Shown piece after piece: positions 49,659 to 61,770 of a DNA stretch of 64,000 bases. The notes under the pieces were generated by a model, which did no database searches, was not told where the DNA came from, and saw only the letters and a list, made by a program, of their open reading frames with translations. The position numbers and the translations under genes are program-made. The DNA lies in assembly GCF_018350175.1 (NCBI RefSeq), contig NC_058368.1, positions 8,990,001 to 9,054,000 of the forward strand, read 5' to 3'. Numbering within the stretch: position 1 is the first letter of the stretch; every line of letters starts with the position of its first letter. This DNA is from Felis catus. Its lineage: Eukaryota.

Positions 49659-50884
49659 CTGGGTATAATAATCTGCATACCATAACATTCACCGCTTTTA
49701 AGGTGCACAACTCTGTGACCTTAGCAGAGACTTTTTCACTGGAGCCTGTTTTTCTTCCGGGTGCTTGCAGGTTGTTCTCTGTAGAGGCTCTTTTGAGAAG
49801 CAACGTTCTTCCTGTATTTGTTTCCCCCTGGCAAAAAACAGCCGCCTCTGTCCGAGCTAACACAGCCTCCTGCCTGTGGTTGATTGGCACTCAGGCTGGC
49901 TTCCCCTACGCTGAGAGCACACTTCACTCAGGTTCTTGGCGTCGGATGGAGGGAGACAGAGAATTCAAGCAGACTCTATTGATTTTTGCTATCTCCTTGG
50001 TCCCCCCTTCCTCCCTCTTTCCCTAGAGGGACAGTTAGGAAGTAGCTAACAATCCTTAAAGCCAAACTGAGCTCCTGAATTCATTGCATTCTTCAAATAG
50101 GGGGAAAGAAATAAAAAATGGAGCCTCAAAAATATCACGTAGAAGCAAATTATGTTCCTGTCTGATTGCGGGGCAGCCCAGCAAATCCATAGCTTCAGGG
50201 ATGACATTTGCCGAGACAGGATACTCCTTGATGTTAAGAAAATAATGGGCTGGCTTGTACAAGTGAGTATCTTTCTCCTTGAAACTAATTAGACAGTTCA
50301 GGAAACCTTGTCAGGGAAGGAATAGGTGATATTTGTCTGGTTGCCCACGCAAATTAATAATCCAGTGGCCAGAAATAACCACGGGTGCTCATAATTGTGT
50401 GAGAATGCAATAGCAATTCCGAATTCACAAAACATTAAGAATTAAGGAGGAGTCACTAGCTTTCCAAAACAATTTGGCTTTTTTGTCCTGCTTGAAACTT
50501 TGTTGCATTGGATATGGCTGACAGCAACATAGGTCAGAGAACACAGAAATTTCCATGCTAAAAATTCTCAGCGTCATCCCGTGAATAGCCCAGACTGTAG
50601 AGTAAGGAAGCGTCTCACCAAACCAAGGGCCGTGGGTACTACATGATTACCCAATATCATGTGCCGGTGCAGAGTCGATTTTTACATTTTAAATTGACGT
50701 TGCCGGACGCTTCCCTCTATAAAAGCTCATGAAAATTATAGCCTCCGGAGTTCCTGTGAAGTTGAGAGGTTGAGAAAGATACTAAATTAGCTTTCCTGGT
50801 CTTTGCTGCTTGTCTACCCATGCAGCATTGAAAAACCACCAGACAGCAAACTTTTCCTCCCACAGCCTCATGAACTAGGCAGGG

Positions 50885-51042
50885 GTATGAATCGACATAC
50901 CCGGGGGAGCTTATTAAAAATACAGAGGCCTGGGTCCCCTGCCTTGAGCTCATTCAGCAGATCTTGGGTGGGATAGAGGCCTCTGAAATTTTAACAAGCT
51001 CCCTCGATGATTCTGAAGCGCATCAATATTTGAGAACCTCTA
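50885..51042. mobile_element. MER5-like hAT-Charlie MITE
   Basis: GGGGAGCTT.TTAAAAATACAGA..TTTTAACAAGCTCCC..GATTCTGA..TTTGAGAACC. Confidence 0.7.
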
Positions 51043-51250
51043 ATACGGTGAAAACGGTTAGAGCTTTGAAATCCAGCAGACATGAGTTCAGACTAAGATG
51101 CCATCATTCTGTGACCTTGAGCAGGCTAACACCGTCTGCGCGTTTACCTGGCTTGCGGGGCCGTAGGGAGGATTAAGTTAATGGCACGTGCTGAGTGTTG
51201 ATCCCAATGCTGGCCACCCACCCAGCGCATGATTAATACATGTTACTCCT

Positions 51251-51623
51251 TGTATTTGTCAGCCCTGGAAGCCATAGCAAAATAGCACAGACTGGGGGGC
51301 TTAAACAAGAGGCATTCATTTTCTCCCAGTTCTTGGAAGTCCCAGATCAAGCTGTTGGTAGGCCCGGTTCTCCGGAGGCCACTCTCCTTGGCTCACAGAT
51401 GGCGCCTTCTTGCTGTGTCCTCCCATGGCTTCTTGTCTGCACCAGCATCCTGGTGTCTCTTCCTCTTCATGTAAGGACGTCAGCTCTGTTGGGTTAGGGC
51501 CCCACCCTTACAACCTCCTTTAACCTTAACTACCTCTTTAAAGGCCCCATCTCTAAAAACAGTCACATTGGGGGTGAAGGCGTCACGTATGCATTTTGGG
51601 GGGACGCAGTCTGATTCATAACA
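51251..51623 (-). mobile_element. MLT1A/B-type LTR
   Basis: CACAGACTGGG.GGCTTAAACAA..CTCTCCTTGGCT..CAGATGGC..AAAGGCCCCATCTC..CATAACA. Confidence 0.85.
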
Positions 51624-52924
51624 CTTCCCTTCACCCAATCCTTTTTCCCTACACTCCTTCCCTTTCCTGTCACCGTCAGCCATGGCTTGTGTTTGAACTA
51701 TCTGTAACTCAAAGGAATAAGTTTACAATACTCATTTGATAAAAGCACTGGTTGAAGGTGAGAGTGAGGACAGGGTGTGGGTATTTTGCTGAAGGCAGCG
51801 GCTTCCTAGCCATCCAGTCCCCAGAACCCTGGTCCAAGAATGTAACAGAGACTCTACTCTTAGCAAAAGGATCCGGAAAAACTCTCACCACTCAACATCA
51901 CATGAAGAAAATAAAAAAAAGTGACCTAGATGGAGAAGGTACAGAATACCCCTGTGTCCAGATTCTGAGTTCTGTTTCTGAAGGGTGCTTTCTTCTTCCC
52001 CACTATGACAGATCACAGCAGAGAAAAAGAAAAGTCCTTTCACATTTCCTAAGTGGAAAGCTCAACTGTGTGATCTATTATTTCCTGACAGAGTGGTTAC
52101 TTAGCACCTATTTTTAGAGTCCATAATATTCCATTTCAGACATGTGAGGCTTCATTCTAAGCAGGCGGCTTCCCCCTCCCCTACTGCCCAGATGTCTCCT
52201 TCGTGGTCACCTACAAAGCTCCGTAGAGGCCAGCAGCCTCATAATAGAATCTGTGATGTGAATTTTATTCATTCTGATGTTACAGGGCGCACCTCGCTGC
52301 CTCAGAACCCATCCCTGATGTAACTGGCAACGCACTGAAATGAGTCAGTCTATGAATCAAGATGAAGTTAGAAATCTCCCGCTGCCACATTGTTCTCTTA
52401 TGCATATTACAGCGAATTAAATGTTCTGGCCTAGACTATGAATTTTATCTCTTTTCCGATTATGTTCCTTGGCTGTATATTTTTTTCCATGAAACTGAAG
52501 CAGGCTTCTAAAAATACATGCATTTATTATATATCTTCCTCAGCTTGATTTAAAATGCACCACTACGATTACTCTGAATTGTAAATGACAAACTGAATGA
52601 AGAAGGCTGGGAATGGTTCTGTACTTATAAAATGCAATGGATATTTTTTTCTTTGGTAACTTAGGTGGAATTAAGCCTCCAGTTAGGGGCACTTCTGATG
52701 CGTTGTCGACAGGCCCTGGCCACTCCAGTGACCTGAATCAGTCAAAATGGCCCACGCTCTTTGCCCATCTCCCTCCTCTTTGCCCCATTTCTGGGAATGG
52801 GAGCTGTACGGTTTAATTCTAAAATGTCAGATCCCAAAGAGATCTTAGCATCTCTGAATTCAATCCCCTCTGTTTTCCTCGGCTTTTAATTAAAGCAAAG
52901 TCAAACATAATTTTCCGGCACTGT

Positions 52925-53375
52925 CCCACTGAGACAAAGGTGTAATTAATTTCCTGCTCCTAGGCTCAGCCATGTGATTTCCTCTGGCCAGTGGGATGTT
53001 AACAGATATGACACAACAACCTTGAAAAGTGCTTATGCAGTTGGACCCGCTGTCTTGTACTTCTGCTCTTGCCATGAGAATAATATGTCCGGACCAGCCT
53101 GCTGGGTCCAGGAGGAGGAAAAGACACGTGTGATCTGAATTGCCTCAGCTAATCTTCCTCAGCCAAGCCTAGAGCAGAGCTCCTCAACCGCTCCGCAGGG
53201 AATTGAGTGAGCCCAGCCAAGATCAGCAGAACCACCTAGCCAAGCCCAGCCTAGACCAGCCAAAACTCGGCCAACTCACAGATAGGTGAATTATAAAGAT
53301 AAATGACCGTCATTTGGAAGTCATTGAGTTCGGGGATGATGCATGACACAGTATTTTGGAAGCAATAGCTGATAA
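52925..53375 (+). mobile_element. MLT1H-like LTR
   Basis: GCCATGTGA..TGGCCA.TGGGATGTTA..GAGCCCAGCCAAGATCAGCAGAACC..GCAATAGCTGATA. Confidence 0.7.
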
Positions 53376-53574
53376 GTTTGGCCACTTGTTTGGTGTTGTT
53401 TTCTATTATCTCTCCATTGTCAAAGTTCTTTTTAATCTTTGTAATTATAAGTAATCTGCAGAATGATACTTCTTAAGACCATGTGAACATCCAGTGACTT
53501 AACTGACTGAGCTCCGTGGCACCCTCTTTTGTCTTAAAGCATTTCTTTGTCTTTAGCAGTGTAAGGCATTCTCT

Positions 53575-54500
53575 CTTGCTGGATCGCATTGACTAGTATT
53601 TTGTTAAGGATTTTTGCACTGGGGCATCTGAGTGGCTCAGTCTGTTAAGCCGCCAGCTCTTGCTTTCTGCTCAGGTCATGATCTCAAGGCTCGCGGGTTT
53701 GAGCCCTGCATTGGGCTCTGTGCTGACAGTGCAGAGCCTGCTTGGAACTCTCTCTTTCCTTCTCTCTGTCCCTTCCCTGCTCACACACTCTCGCTCTCTC
53801 TCTCTTTCAAATAAATGAACTTAAAAAAAAGATTTTTGCATCCGTGTTCATGAGGGATATTGGTCTGCAGTTTCCTTGCAATATTCTTGTCATGTTTTGG
53901 TATCAGAATAGTGTCCTTACAATATGAATTGAGAAGTGATCCCTCCTCCTCCATCTTTATGAAGGAACTTGAGTAGAATTGGTATTATTTCTTCCTTAAA
54001 TATTTGGTGGGCGTCATCAGGGAAGTTATCTGGGACCAAATGGTGGTTGTAGGAAGGATGTGAACTATAAATTTAATTTATTTAATAAACATAGGGCTAA
54101 TCAATGAGCTATTTCTCCTTAAGTGAGTTTTGAGAGTTTATGTCTTTCAAGGAGTTTGTCCATTTCATGTACGTCATGAAATGAATTGGGATAGCATTGT
54201 TCCTAATTTTGTTATTATTATTTTAATATCTGCAGGATATATAGTGATATCACCTCTTTCATTCCTAATATCAATACTTTCTTTTTTTTTTTTCTTAGTA
54301 TGTCTAGGAGGTTATCAACTTTACTGATATTTTCAGGGAATCTGTTTTTTATTTCACTGATTTTCCCTGGAATTTTTCTGTTTTCGATTACGTTAATTTC
54401 TTTTTTGTTATTTCCTTTCGTCTGCTTGGATTGGGTTTAATTTGATCTTTATTTCTTAATTTCTTAAGGTGGAAGCTTATACTGTCAATCTAAGGCTTCT
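53575..54500 (-). mobile_element. L1 ORF2 fragment interrupted by a SINE
   Basis: GATTTTTGCATC.GTGTTCATGAGGGATATTGGTCTG..AGAATTGGTATTATTTCTTCCTTAAAT. Confidence 0.8.
53621..53830 (+). mobile_element. Can-SINE
   Basis: TSD about GATTTTTGCA. Confidence 0.93.
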
Positions 54501-54503
54501 CTA

Positions 54504-54703
54504 GGGATGCCTGGGTGGCTCAGTCAGTTAAGTGTCCAACTCTTTCTTTCAGCTCAGGTCATGATTGCATGGTTTGTGGGTTTGAGCCCCATGTTGGGCT
54601 CTGCGCTGACAGCACAGAGCCTGCTTGGGATTGTCTCTCTCCCTCTCTCTCTGCCCCTCCCCCACTCTCTCTCTCTCTCTCAAAATAAATCAACATTAAA
54701 AAG
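54504..54703 (+). mobile_element. Can-SINE
   Basis: Typical structure. Confidence 0.93.
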
Positions 54704-54717
54704 AAAACTTTTTAAAA

Positions 54718-54933
54718 ATTTTTTAACATTTTTAACTTATTTTTGAGAGACAGAGAGACACAGAGCATGAGCAGGGGAGGGGCCGAGAGAGAGGGGAAGA
54801 CACAAAATGTGAAGCAGGCTCCAGGCCCAGAACTGTCAGCACAGAGCCCAATGCAGGGCTCAAACCCACGAATGTTGAGATTACGACCTGAGCCAAAGTC
54901 GGATGCTTAACCGACTGAGCCACCCAGGCACCC
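54718..54933 (-). mobile_element. Can-SINE, tail-to-tail with the previous copy
   Basis: Typical structure. Confidence 0.93.
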
Positions 54934-55016
54934 TGTGATTATATTTTTAATGTTACATTGATGCAGTTTTGGTTTCCTCTTTAACCCCAGAAATATGTAC
55001 AGTGTATACATTGGTG

Positions 55017-55018
<2 letters not shown>

Positions 55019-55058
<40 letters not shown>

Positions 55059-55083
55059 CGTGTGTGCGCATGCGTGTGTGTGT
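55019..55083. repeat. (GT)n microsatellite with GC interruptions
   Basis: Direct reading. Confidence 0.95.
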
Positions 55084-56094
55084 ATTATTTAAGAGAAGTA
55101 GAGCTTTTTTGTGGTACCGATTTCTAGTTTTATCTTGATTAGATTGTGTTATTTGTACCTGTTTTTTGTACACTTATTAAGGCCTTTCTTGTGTTTAAAT
55201 TTTGAAAAAGATTCAAAATAAATGTTTTTTTTTAAAAATCAAGACCTTTTTAGAACAGTCTTAGGTTCACAGCAAAATTGAGGGGAAGGTACAGAGATTT
55301 CCCATATACCCTCTGTCTCCTCACATACATAGCACATGGGCATTTACAAAGATTTAATATCTGTTTTATGGTATAGAGTTGGCATTTTACAAATGGTATA
55401 GAGTAAGTCATTTTACAAATACGGTGTTCACGTCTTTTATATCCAAAATATTTTTTATCTGCCTAACCTTTAAAGGACTAAGTAAGAGGGTTATTAACAT
55501 TTTCTCAAGATTATTGCTTTTGTGAAATTTTATACATGTAATAGTTTTGGGTTTCTGCATTTTTGTGTCAGTAATCGGGCACATAATTATTTATGCTGGC
55601 AATTTTCTTTGTCTTTTGTATTCTTCTTCAAGAAAAGGTCACTCGCTGTGTCCTTTTAATACTTCCCCTTAGAAGCCTCCATTTGATATTAATAACTCAG
55701 TTCCTACTCTGATTTTGCTTGTATTTGCACAACTTATTTATTCCTTGTTTTCCTTTTTACCTTTCCTGGTCACTTGGTCTAGTACTGTTCCTTTGGGGCA
55801 GCGTATGGTTGAATTTTGGTTTTTGCAGGTTGTGACTTCTTGTGTTTCCTGGGACTTTAGCACCCATGTCACTATCCCTGCTCTGCCTGAAGTCTTATCT
55901 GTTCTCTTCCACATCTTCTTCACTAGTGCTCCCAAGAATACTCTCTCTCTGCCCGCTTGAAACTACACTACTTTCACCTGCACGTGGCCCCACTGCCACC
56001 TGCTAATTCAAAATTGCGTCCCCAGAGCCGGCAACCGTGCCCAGAACCCCGGAGGCTCTTCGATAAATGTTTAGTGAGTGATGATAAGTATAGC

Positions 56095-56570
56095 ATTAGT
56101 TAGGGTCAGGTTCATTGGTAATAAAACCCAAATATCAGTGCCTTAAAAATGAGTCTATCTCTCCCTTATGTAAAATTCTTAAGCCTTTAGGCGTTTAATG
56201 CAGAGCTGGTAAGAAGGCTTTGTTCCACTGAATTTCCCAGTTCCTTCTAAATCACTGTTCTGCCATTTCTAGAGTGTGTTCCTTATCCTCGTAGTCCAAG
56301 AGAGTCCACATTTCAGACCCCAAAATGGAAGAAAGAACAAAGAAGAACCAGCCGGAGGAGTGTCCCAGGAGTCTGTTCCGAAAGGTTCCTGGAATCTGCC
56401 ATGCACACAAATCCTTCTACTTGCATGGCATTAGCCGGAATTTAGTCACACAGCCATTCTTCCTACAAGAGAAGCTGAGATGTGCTAATCTGGGTAGCTG
56501 TGTGTCCAGCTAAAATTGTGTTCTATGGAAGAACACTGAAGACCTGAGAAGGAATAGGCTACTTGCGGAA
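56095..56570 (-). mobile_element. MLT1J/K-like LTR
   Basis: CAGTGCCTTAAA..CATTAGCCGGAATTTAGTCACA..GTGTCCAGCTAAAATT. Confidence 0.6.
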
Positions 56571-56694
56571 ATCGCAAGAAGATGGGAGCTGGGCCGTAGC
56601 GTGAATGAGGTAGCGTGGTAGATGGGCTACGAGAAAAGGAGGGCCTAAAATGTGAAGTCTTAGACAGCCAAGACCATGGATACAATCCTATAGA

Positions 56695-57365
56695 CTCTTT
56701 ATTTGCGAGGGTCCTGAGAGGAAACAGACAGCACTCTTGAAAGGGTGACGTGAGTTCAATGAAGGGACTCTATAAGAGGTGGGCAGGGCCAGAGAAGACC
56801 AACGTGGGCTGGCGAAGCACCCCAGGGCCAGCAACTGCAGGAAGCTACCATCACTTCTAGCACTGCTGAGGCAAGTGGATAAACAGGTACTGGAACCCTG
56901 CAGCTGTAGTCGTAGGAAAGGGGTCTCAGACAAGAGCTGTGCTTTTGGTAGAGGGACATCGCCACCACAACATGAAGCCCGAAAGTGGAACTGGTGATAT
57001 AATTTGCCAGGCCCGGTGCAACATGAAACAAAAGGGCCACTTGTTCAGACACTGCTGAGAACTCCAAGATGATGCCAGCAGGGCACTGAAGCAAGCCTGG
57101 TGCCCTTCCGAGCACAGGGCCCTGTGCATCTGTACAGGTCAAACATCTGTGAAGCTGGATTTGCCCGGCGGAGAAATAGCCAAGGACGAGTGCCCCCCAG
57201 ACTTCTCTCTCTTCCAGCCCTCTGACCTTTTCCAGTGCCTCTCACTGTCCATACCCAAATGGAAGTCGAAGCAAAAGTGTTGGGGTGAGGCAGTCCGTGG
57301 CGGTCGGCCCTGGGGGAGAAAATGGATAGCGTGAATCTGGAAACAAGCAGAGAATATCCAGCTCA
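56695..57365 (-). mobile_element. ERVL LTR (LTR33-like) interrupted by a MER53-like MITE
   Basis: GGGTCC..GGAAACAGA..AAGGGACT..CCCCAGGGC on the left; GACTTCTCTCTCTTCC..AGAATATCCAGC on the right. Confidence 0.5.
56986..57164. mobile_element. MER53-like hAT MITE
   Basis: ATAATTTGC..GGCCC.GTGCAA.ATGAAA..CTTGTTCA..GGGCCCTGTGC..ACAGGTC..TGAAGC. Confidence 0.6.
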
Positions 57366-57904
57366 GCTCTGGAGGGCCATTAGAGATTTTTCAGCAGAGT
57401 GACGTGTCCAATTAGTTTTTAGGAACAACTTTTTGGCAGCAGTGTGGAGGATGGATTGGAGAGCCTGGAGGCAGAAAGACCAATTAGAAGGCTATTATGT
57501 AAGTTCCAGAGTTGCCTTCTCTTTTTTTTTTTAAATATCAAACTCCCAGGAAGGAACAGATTTTATATTTATAACGCCGGCCAAATAACACACACAAACA
57601 CATGTATACATGTGTGTATATCTATATGAAACCCAGAGTCCACAAAACACAAAGCCTTAGTGAAACAATGCTTCACTTTACTAGAAGCAAAGTACTCTGA
57701 TTTCATTAAAAAATGCTGGTTGCATATTACAATAATCCTTTCAAAGTGTATGAAAATCAAACCATCATATTGTACGCCTTTAACTTTTATATGATATATG
57801 TCAATTATTTTTCAATAAAGGTGGAAAAAATATTGCTTCCAAGCCACCATGTTGATTAAGAGCCACAGCTTTTAGCTTGAAAAACCTAGGTCTGAGAGTA
57901 CAAA

Positions 57905-58345
57905 AGTAAAGTAATAGCCCGCAAAGGTGTTCGTATCCTAATCCCCAGACCCTGGGAATATGCGAGCTTACATAGCAAGAGGGATTTAGCAGAATTTATT
58001 TCATTGAGGACTTTGAGATGGGAGGCTATCCTGGATTATCCAGGTGGGTCCAGGGTAATTACAAGTTCCTTATAAAGGAACAAGGAAGGAGAAAGGGTTG
58101 TTGAAGGAAGCAGTGTCAGGGTGGTACAGCTGGCCATTGCTGGTTTTGAAGATCCTTGGCCATGAGCCAAGGAGTGTATTCCTCTAGAAGGTAGGAAAGA
58201 TAAGGAGTAGGATTTTCCCCCCGAGGCTTCAAAGAATGACGCCTTGATTTTCCGCAGTGGCACCCATAGGTCTCTCACCGCTGTGTGGTGTCTTAAGCTG
58301 TAGAGTTTGTGGCGATTCATTACAGCGACGATGAGAAACTAGTAC
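57905..58345 (+). mobile_element. MLT1D-like LTR
   Basis: CCTAATCCCC..TTGAGATGGGAG..TATCCTGGATTATCCAGGTGGG..CCATGAGCCAAGGA..CCTCTAGAAG. Confidence 0.8.
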
Positions 58346-58929
58346 CCAGGGGCAGATGGTGAGAGTCGGAATGAGGCAGTGTCAGGGGGATGGATGGAGA
58401 GGAGAGGACTGGATATTCTAGTAGGACCTTTAAATGTGGAGTCCAGGTTCTCTCTTAGGGTGGAGGGCCACAGGACCAATCACAGTTTTTCTTCCTCTAG
58501 CGTTTTACATTTGCAGGAGGACTCAAATGAATGTCAAAGACTTAGCGGGGCAAAAAAATCTGTTTTAAAACTCTGTTTTCGTGGTGTGAGTGTAGGGATT
58601 CAGGACAGCTCAAGACATTGTGCTGTCAACCTGTGAGCTGATCTGAAAGGTGGAAAGAGCCACCTGGATGGTGTCTTTTTAACTGACTAGCTTCGCTCTC
58701 ACAGATGACTCTTGGATGTATGTAGAACTCACAAAGCCAAGCAAATAATGTTGATTTTTCTAGAAATCGAAAGAAGAAAGTGCTCCAGTATGGAAGACAC
58801 AGTGGGACTTGAAGGTGAATGATTTGTAAATGGGCAGATCACCACATGAGTTTGTGCAAGGTGCTTGTATCAATAGTTGGACGCAGGGCAGGAAAGTCAG
58901 CAACAGGATCTGGTAATGATCAGCTTATA

Positions 58930-60119
58930 TAAACAATCAATTTGCATTTGTAAGTTACTTGTTGTGAACGCACAAACCGTCTGAAAAAAATCTAACAAAA
59001 ACTAGAAAGCATACTTTAAAATAAGTCATTTACAGTAGCAGTAGAAAACATAAAATAAGGTGTCTAAAAATCTAACTATGAGCAATACTTTTACATAGAA
59101 AATGATAAAACATTATAGAAAGACATAACAAGCTCTAATACATGAAAAGCTACTCCATGTTTGTGGATGGCAGGACGGTCTTAAAGATGCCAGATCTCCC
59201 AAATTGTTCTAGAAGCACAGGGCAAGAAAAGTCATACTTCAGTCGACTATGCGCTCGTGTCCATGCACACGTGTGGGGAACTTAATATGATAACCCTAAG
59301 GTGCAGGCGTAAGAACAAAGAGTCAAGAATCTCTGGGGCTGTTGGCAGTTTCGCCCTCCCAGATGTCATTCCTTGTTACTAGGCTGTGTCCAATAGGACT
59401 GTGTGGTACAGGAGCAGGAAAAGACACACAGGCTAGTGGGACAGAACAGCAACAGATCGTGTACCCACGTAACCATGGTCAATGACAGAAGGACACCACA
59501 ACTCAGAGGGAAGGGATGGACTCTTCAATAAACGGCCATGAGACAAATGATTATAGGAGAAAACATAAAAACTGGACTCGGATAGAGAAAGCAAAACTTA
59601 ACACTTTTAAAAGGAAGATAGAGTAGAATCATCTTTTCACATCGAGGAAGGAAGTAAAGTCGAAGGCACACACATACACACAACAAAAAGGAAAACACAG
59701 ATTCATTCGATTACGCTAAAATTTAAAACCTTTGAGTACAACCAAAGACACCATAAGCAACGTGAAAATGTAAACGAAGCCTGGGAGGAAAATGGTGTAT
59801 ACAGGTAACTAATAAAGAAGCAGAATCCAGGATATGTTAATAATTCTACACATCAGTAGGAGTCAGCCAACCCAGTAGGTAAGCAGGCAATGGATATTTA
59901 TTGGCAATTCACAAAAGAGAAAACCTGAACCACCAGTGAATATGCAATGGCATGTTCCACTTCACTCGTCAGTGAGGAAGTGAAAACAAAAATGAGATTC
60001 CCACTCTCGCCAAAGTGGCAACAGTTTTAAAATGTGGCCCTATCAGGTGTTGGAGAGGATGTAGAGGAAAAAAGCACCTTCATACTTTCCCGGTAGGAGA
60101 ATAAACTGGTACAAGTAAT

Positions 60120-60158
<39 letters not shown>

Positions 60159-60770
60159 TTACATTTATTTTTGAGAGATTGAGTGCAAGTGAGGGAGGGG
60201 CGGAGAGAAAGGGACAGAGAATCCAAAGCGTTTTGACACGGGGATTGAAATCACAAACCACGAGATCATGACCTGAGCCGAAGCCAGAGGCTCGACCGGC
60301 TGAGCCACCGGGGCACCGCCTGATACAAGCATTTTAGAGAACACTCTGATGGTATCTAGTGACCTTGAAGAAGAGGTGCAAAGTTGACGACCCGAAACCC
60401 CATTCCTAGCAATGTTTCCTGGAGAAACTAAGGCATGGACACAGGACCCAAGCATCATTCAAGCATCATTTATACTGGAAACAAAATATCCATCATTAGG
60501 AGACCAGGCAAATAAATAGTGACTTAGTCACCCAAGGAGGTACTGTATGATAGCTAAGAAGGAATTAACCGGAGCCTTGTATATCTCCGCAGATAAATCC
60601 CGACAACATAATGTTGAAGCAGAAAATCAAGTTGTAGTAAAATAAGTGTAGGAACATAGCATGAAAAACACTATTTTTTGTGTGTACAAACATACGTATG
60701 AAAATTATAAAACAAATATCAAAATGGTAAGCACCAAACTCAGAATAGTAGTTTGTTTAAGAAAGGTGGA
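58930..60770 (+). mobile_element. Highly degraded old L1 (L1ME-like) ORF2 and 3' end
   Basis: Scattered L1 motifs (CTCTTCAATAAA, AAAGACACCATAA, GGCAATTCACAAAAGA, GTGTTGGAGAGGATGT). Confidence 0.6.
60118..60318 (-). mobile_element. Internally deleted Can-SINE with (TTTA)n tail
   Basis: Head and tail present, middle missing. Confidence 0.88.
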
Positions 60771-60962
60771 GGGGCACCTGGGGGCTCAGTTGGTTAAGCA
60801 TCCAAGTCTTGGTTTCAGCTCAGGTCATAATCTCACAATTTGTGGGATTGAGCCCTGCATCAGGCTCTGCGCTGACAGCACAGAGCCTGCTTGGGATTCT
60901 CTTTCTCTGTCTCCTCTCTTTGCCCCTCTCTCTCTCTCAAAAAAAAAAAAAAAAAAAAAAAA
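60771..60962 (+). mobile_element. Can-SINE
   Basis: Typical structure. Confidence 0.93.
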
Positions 60963-61079
60963 GGAGGGAGGTGAATGGAATGGAGGAGGGTGGGAATACA
61001 CAGAAGGCTGTATCTGTAATGTCTTGTTTCTATCTTACACTCATTATCCTATTTTATGCTTTTTATTTACACGACTTTA

Positions 61080-61281
61080 ACATTTATTTATTTTTGAGAC
61101 AGAGAGAGACAGAGCATGAACAGGGGAGGAGCAGAGAGAGAGGGAGACACAGAATCTGAAACAGGCTCCAGGCTCTGAGCTGTCAGCACAGAGCCCGACG
61201 AGGGGCTCGAACTCACGGACCGTGAGATCATGACCTGAGCCGAAGTCGGACGCTTAACCGACCGAGCCACCCAGGCGCCCC
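61080..61281 (-). mobile_element. Can-SINE
   Basis: TSD TATTTACACG(A/G)CTTTA. Confidence 0.96.
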
Positions 61282-61607
61282 TATTTACACGGCTTTATAT
61301 GCTTGAATAATTATATTTAAAAACTCAAGCCCTTCACCATGGCAACAAAGTCACCCACGATCTTGCCCCCTCTGAGGTTGTCTTTGCGGATCCTTCCAGT
61401 CTCCCCGTCCATCACTCCTGTGTACTACTGGGCTCCAGAGATACCAAAGATTCCTGTTGTTTCCTGAATACATTCCTTTTCACAGCTGCATGCTTTTGTT
61501 TATGCTCTCCACCCCCCCCCCCAAGGCCTTCCATTCTAGACCCCACGTGGAAAACTCCATCCTTCCAGATTCATTTTCTATTCATCTATCTCTGGTATTC
61601 TCCAAGG

Positions 61608-61770
61608 AAATGCTTCTCAAGCTTCAACGTGCATAGGAGTCAGCCTTAGATCTTGTTAAAATGCAAGTTCTGATTCTGCGGGTTTGGGTGGGGGCCCCCA
61701 TTCTGCCTTGCTAATAAGCTCTCAGGTAATGCCAATGGTGGCACAGGTCGGAATCACACTATAGTAGCCA
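61608..61770. mobile_element. MER5A-like MITE
   Basis: CTTGTTAAAATGCA..TTCTGATTC..GG.TTGGG.GGGGCCC..TTCTGC..AAGCTC.CAGGT.ATGCC. Confidence 0.75.

Noticed and set aside
500..61270. Recurring ORFs of the type WVAQSVKRPTSAQVMISR / CEFEP..GLCADS.EPAWDS
   Set aside because: Translations of Can-SINE sequence, not a gene family.
502..61281. tRNA-like A/B boxes suggesting tRNA genes, and dispersed repeats suggesting a CRISPR-like array
   Set aside because: These are tRNA-derived SINE heads with CT tracts and poly(A) tails; there is no regular repeat-spacer architecture and no cas-like ORFs.
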